Of a stretch of 56,265 bases of DNA, positions 53,901-56,265 are shown one piece after another. A program made the position numbers and the translations under genes. The DNA is from Sandaracinaceae bacterium (GTDB lineage Bacteria > Myxococcota_A > Polyangia > Polyangiales > Sandaracinaceae): the NCBI GenBank assembly GCA_044220955.1, contig JBGAQA010000010.1:1-56265 (forward strand), in the 5' to 3' direction. Below the pieces are notes generated by a model. That model saw nothing but the letters and a program-made list of their open reading frames with translations. It had not been told where the DNA came from and searched no databases. Each line of letters begins with the position of its first letter. The first letter of the stretch is position 1.

Positions 53901-54293
53901 TCAGACGCCGAGCACGCGCACGGTGGGAAACACGGATCGCAGGGCCTCGAGGTCGTCGACGTCGCTCGTGTACACGACGTCGCCCCGGCGCGCGGCGGAG
54001 GCCATGACGATCGCATCGACGACGCTCGGGCCCTTTGGTACCCGGCTCAGCGCGAGCCCGGCGACGTGAGCGAGCGCCGCGTCGAGCGGTTCGACGACGA
54101 CGCCCTCCAGCAGACGCGCCGCCGGCCCGCGCTGACCTCGCCACCACTCGGCGACCACGGCCGTAGGCACGGTGATCGTGGTGTCACGGTCGATCGCGGC
54201 GTCCCACACGACCCGTGCGCGCCGCGACGCGTCGTGTTGGCTTGATCGCTCGAGCGCGATCAGGACTCCTGTGTCGAGCGTCAATCCCCTCAT
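53901..54293 (-). CDS. vapC: PIN-domain toxin (VapC-like)
   Basis: LTLDTGVLIAL, VVAEW, SVVDAIVMA, VYTSD. Confidence 0.85.
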   Translation of the reverse strand: MRGLTLDTGVLIALERSSQHDASRRARVVWDAAIDRDTTITVPTAVVAEWWRGQRGPAARLLEGVVVEPLDAALAHVAGLALSRVPKGPSVVDAIVMASAARRGDVVYTSDVDDLEALRSVFPTVRVLGV

Positions 54294-54531
54294 CGCTCCG
54301 CTCCTCGAAGGCTCCCCACTCGGCGACGACGGCCTCGATCTCTGCGCGCGTGATCGGTCGGCCGTGCTCGGCCATCTCCCGCGAGAACGCTCGTCGCGCC
54401 TCCATTCGCCGCTGCTCACCCAGCGCGTCGGAGAGGACGGCCGAGAGGCTCGCCTTCTCGCGCTTCGCCCGCTTGCGTGCCCACGCGAGTGTGGTCTCGT
54501 CGATCGACACGCTCACTTTCACGACGGCCAT
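54184..54531 (-). CDS. Ribbon-helix-helix antitoxin
   Basis: MAVVKVSVSIDETTLAWARKRAKREKASLSAVLSDAL, upstream of and overlapping the PIN gene. Confidence 0.75.
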   Translation of the reverse strand: MAVVKVSVSIDETTLAWARKRAKREKASLSAVLSDALGEQRRMEARRAFSREMAEHGRPITRAEIEAVVAEWGAFEERSDEGIDARHRSPDRARAIKPTRRVAARTGRVGRRDRP

Positions 54532-54533
54532 CT

Positions 54534-54550
54534 TCCTACCTCGGGTAGGA
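54534..54550. promoter_or_regulatory. Palindromic operator of the toxin-antitoxin operon
   Basis: TCCTACC-TCG-GGTAGGA, between an extended -10 (TGcTACCCT, minus strand) and the antitoxin ATG. Confidence 0.65.
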
Positions 54551-54566
54551 GGGTAGCACGAGGCGC

Positions 54567-56265
54567 TCAGGCGGCCTGGTGGCCGAGGTCCTTCACCGTG
54601 CAGACGCGGTTGCGGCCGCCGTGCTTGGCGGCGTAGAGCGCCTTGTCGGTGATCTCGAAGAGGCCCTTCTCGTCGTGCGCGTCGAGCGGGAAGGTGGCGA
54701 CGCCGAGCGAGGCCGTGACCTTGAGCTTGCCGAGCTCGGTCGGGAACACCGTCTTGGCGAGCTCCTCGCGCACCCGCTCCGCGAGCAGCATCGCGCCCTC
54801 GGTGTCCGTCTCCTCGCAGAGGATGCAGAACTCCTCGCCGCCGAAGCGGGCGACGCGGTCGGTCTCGCGCTTCATGCGCATCAGGATCGCGCCCAGCTCC
54901 TTGATCACGACGTCGCCGGTCGCGTGACCGTACGTGTCGTTGACGTTCTTGAAGTGGTCGATGTCGGTGACGATCAGCGAGAGCTTCTTCTTGAAGCGCT
55001 CGGCCGAGCGGATCTTCGACTCGAGGTCGGAGAGGAACGAGCGCTTGTTGAGGCACCCCGTGAGGCCGTCGGTCGTGGCCATCTCCTCGAGGCGCTTGAC
55101 GGCGCGCGCGTTGCTGAGCGAGGTCGCGAGCTGGTTCGCGAGCACCTCGAGCGTCGTGCGGACCGAGTCGCCGTACGCGTGGACGCGCTTGGCGGCGACC
55201 GTGAGCGTGCCGAGGGGCTCGCCCTGGACGAGCAGCGGAAGGACGAGCACCGAGCGCATGTCGGGCAGCGTGACCTTCGCCGTGAAGAGCGTCTGCTGCC
55301 GCGCGTCGTACTCGCCGCGGTACGGGAGGTAGTGTTTGTTCTTCACGACCATCGCGGTGAGCGACGCGTTGTCCTTGAACGCGAGCCCGCGGACGGCGTC
55401 GGCGCCCTCGCCCACCGCGACGCGCACGCGGTGCGCGCCCTTGGCCTCGTCGTACGCGGTGATCGCGGCGAAGTCGTAGCGCGAGAGGCCGGCGGCGGCC
55501 GAGAGGCCCGCCTCGATCACCTGATCCTCGGTCAGCGCCGCGCCGAGCTCGCGCGAGGCGCGGAAGAGCATCGTCTGCTCGCGCTTGGTGCGCTCGAGCT
55601 GCACGAAGACGCGCTCGTTGCGGATCGCGCGCAGCGCCTCGCCGATCGCGTCCTTGAGCAGGGCCTCCTCGCGCGCCGTGAACGGGCGGTCCTCGACGCG
55701 GTCGACGCAGAGCGCGCCGCGGAGCTGGCCGCCCTCGCTCACCGGCACGCCGAGGAACGCGCGAACGGTCGAGGGGCCGCGGTAGTAGCAGAGGCCCTTG
55801 TAGCCGGGCTTGAGGTGCTCGAGGTTCATCGTCAGACCGCGCGTCGCGACCGCGCCGACCGCGCCCGCGCCCGTCTCGAAGGGTCCCTCGGCGACGTCGT
55901 CGGAGTCGCTCACGAGCTCGACGATGCGCAGGCGCCCGCCCTCGCCCGAGAAGAGCAGCACGCAGGTGTGGAGCTCCAGCGTGCGCTTCAGCAGGTCGAG
56001 CACGTGGAAGAGCGAGCCGCGCACCTCGTCGATGCTCGCGCGCTGTGCCTTCTCGTCGGTCTCGCCCTCGCTCGCCGCCGTGCCGTACCCGAGCGAAGCG
56101 GGCCCGCGCGCCATGTCCACGCCGACGCTCGGCGCGCCGACGAGGCGGAAGAGCTTCACGTCCTCGGCGAGGCGCTGCTTCTCGAGAGCGCGCTCCTTGT
56201 TGCTCCGCTCGCGCACGCGGGCGATCTCGGCGCGCGTGAAGAGCAGGTTCAGGATGCCGAAGAAG
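54567..56265 (-). CDS. GAF-GAF-GGDEF diguanylate cyclase (5' end outside the window)
   Basis: TDGLTGCLNKR, DIDHFKNVNDTYGH, I-site RETD, RFGGEEF; two GAF-like segments. The frame stays open to the window edge. Confidence 0.94.
   Translation of the reverse strand, partial: FFGILNLLFTRAEIARVRERSNKERALEKQRLAEDVKLFRLVGAPSVGVDMARGPASLGYGTAASEGETDEKAQRASIDEVRGSLFHVLDLLKRTLELHTCVLLFSGEGGRLRIVELVSDSDDVAEGPFETGAGAVGAVATRGLTMNLEHLKPGYKGLCYYRGPSTVRAFLGVPVSEGGQLRGALCVDRVEDRPFTAREEALLKDAIGEALRAIRNERVFVQLERTKREQTMLFRASRELGAALTEDQVIEAGLSAAAGLSRYDFAAITAYDEAKGAHRVRVAVGEGADAVRGLAFKDNASLTAMVVKNKHYLPYRGEYDARQQTLFTAKVTLPDMRSVLVLPLLVQGEPLGTLTVAAKRVHAYGDSVRTTLEVLANQLATSLSNARAVKRLEEMATTDGLTGCLNKRSFLSDLESKIRSAERFKKKLSLIVTDIDHFKNVNDTYGHATGDVVIKELGAILMRMKRETDRVARFGGEEFCILCEETDTEGAMLLAERVREELAKTVFPTELGKLKVTASLGVATFPLDAHDEKGLFEITDKALYAAKHGGRNRVCTVKDLGHQAA

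Noticed and set aside
56216..56265. Diguanylate cyclase starting at 56216 or being a truncated pseudogene
   Set aside because: The frame is open to the window edge, so the gene is simply cut by the window.

Overview
A very high-GC, gene-dense bacterial window. The gene content points to a myxobacterium, probably Polyangia/Sandaracinaceae-like (inference): Ser/Thr kinases, an FHA-domain sigma54 activator, many Cys-rich 'DAG'-linker lipoproteins and a MYXO-CTERM-like tail. Housekeeping and metabolic genes are pntAB, gloB, apbC/mrp, rarA, an EF-hand-fused transaldolase, aceB-aceA, dusB, a dipeptide epimerase and a ClpA/C-type ATPase. Accessory content includes (i) a translationally coupled adenylate cyclase, Ser/Thr kinase and LysM/FecR/beta-barrel operon, divergent from an FHA-sigma54 activator that is followed by a sigma54 promoter with tandem palindromic enhancer-like sites; (ii) surface proteins (PLL-type lectin, integrin-alpha/FG-GAP propeller, Cys-rich lipoproteins); (iii) a PIG-L deacetylase, GT2 synthase, methyltransferase and DUF1295 run; (iv) NfeD plus two flotillins; (v) a sigma54-preceded VWA operon; (vi) a VapBC-type toxin-antitoxin pair; and (vii) a GAF-GAF-GGDEF cyclase cut by the window edge. 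I saw no rRNA, tRNA, CRISPR array or transposase. Start codons were re-called from the sequence, because most ORF-track entries are GC-rich shadow frames or over-extended.
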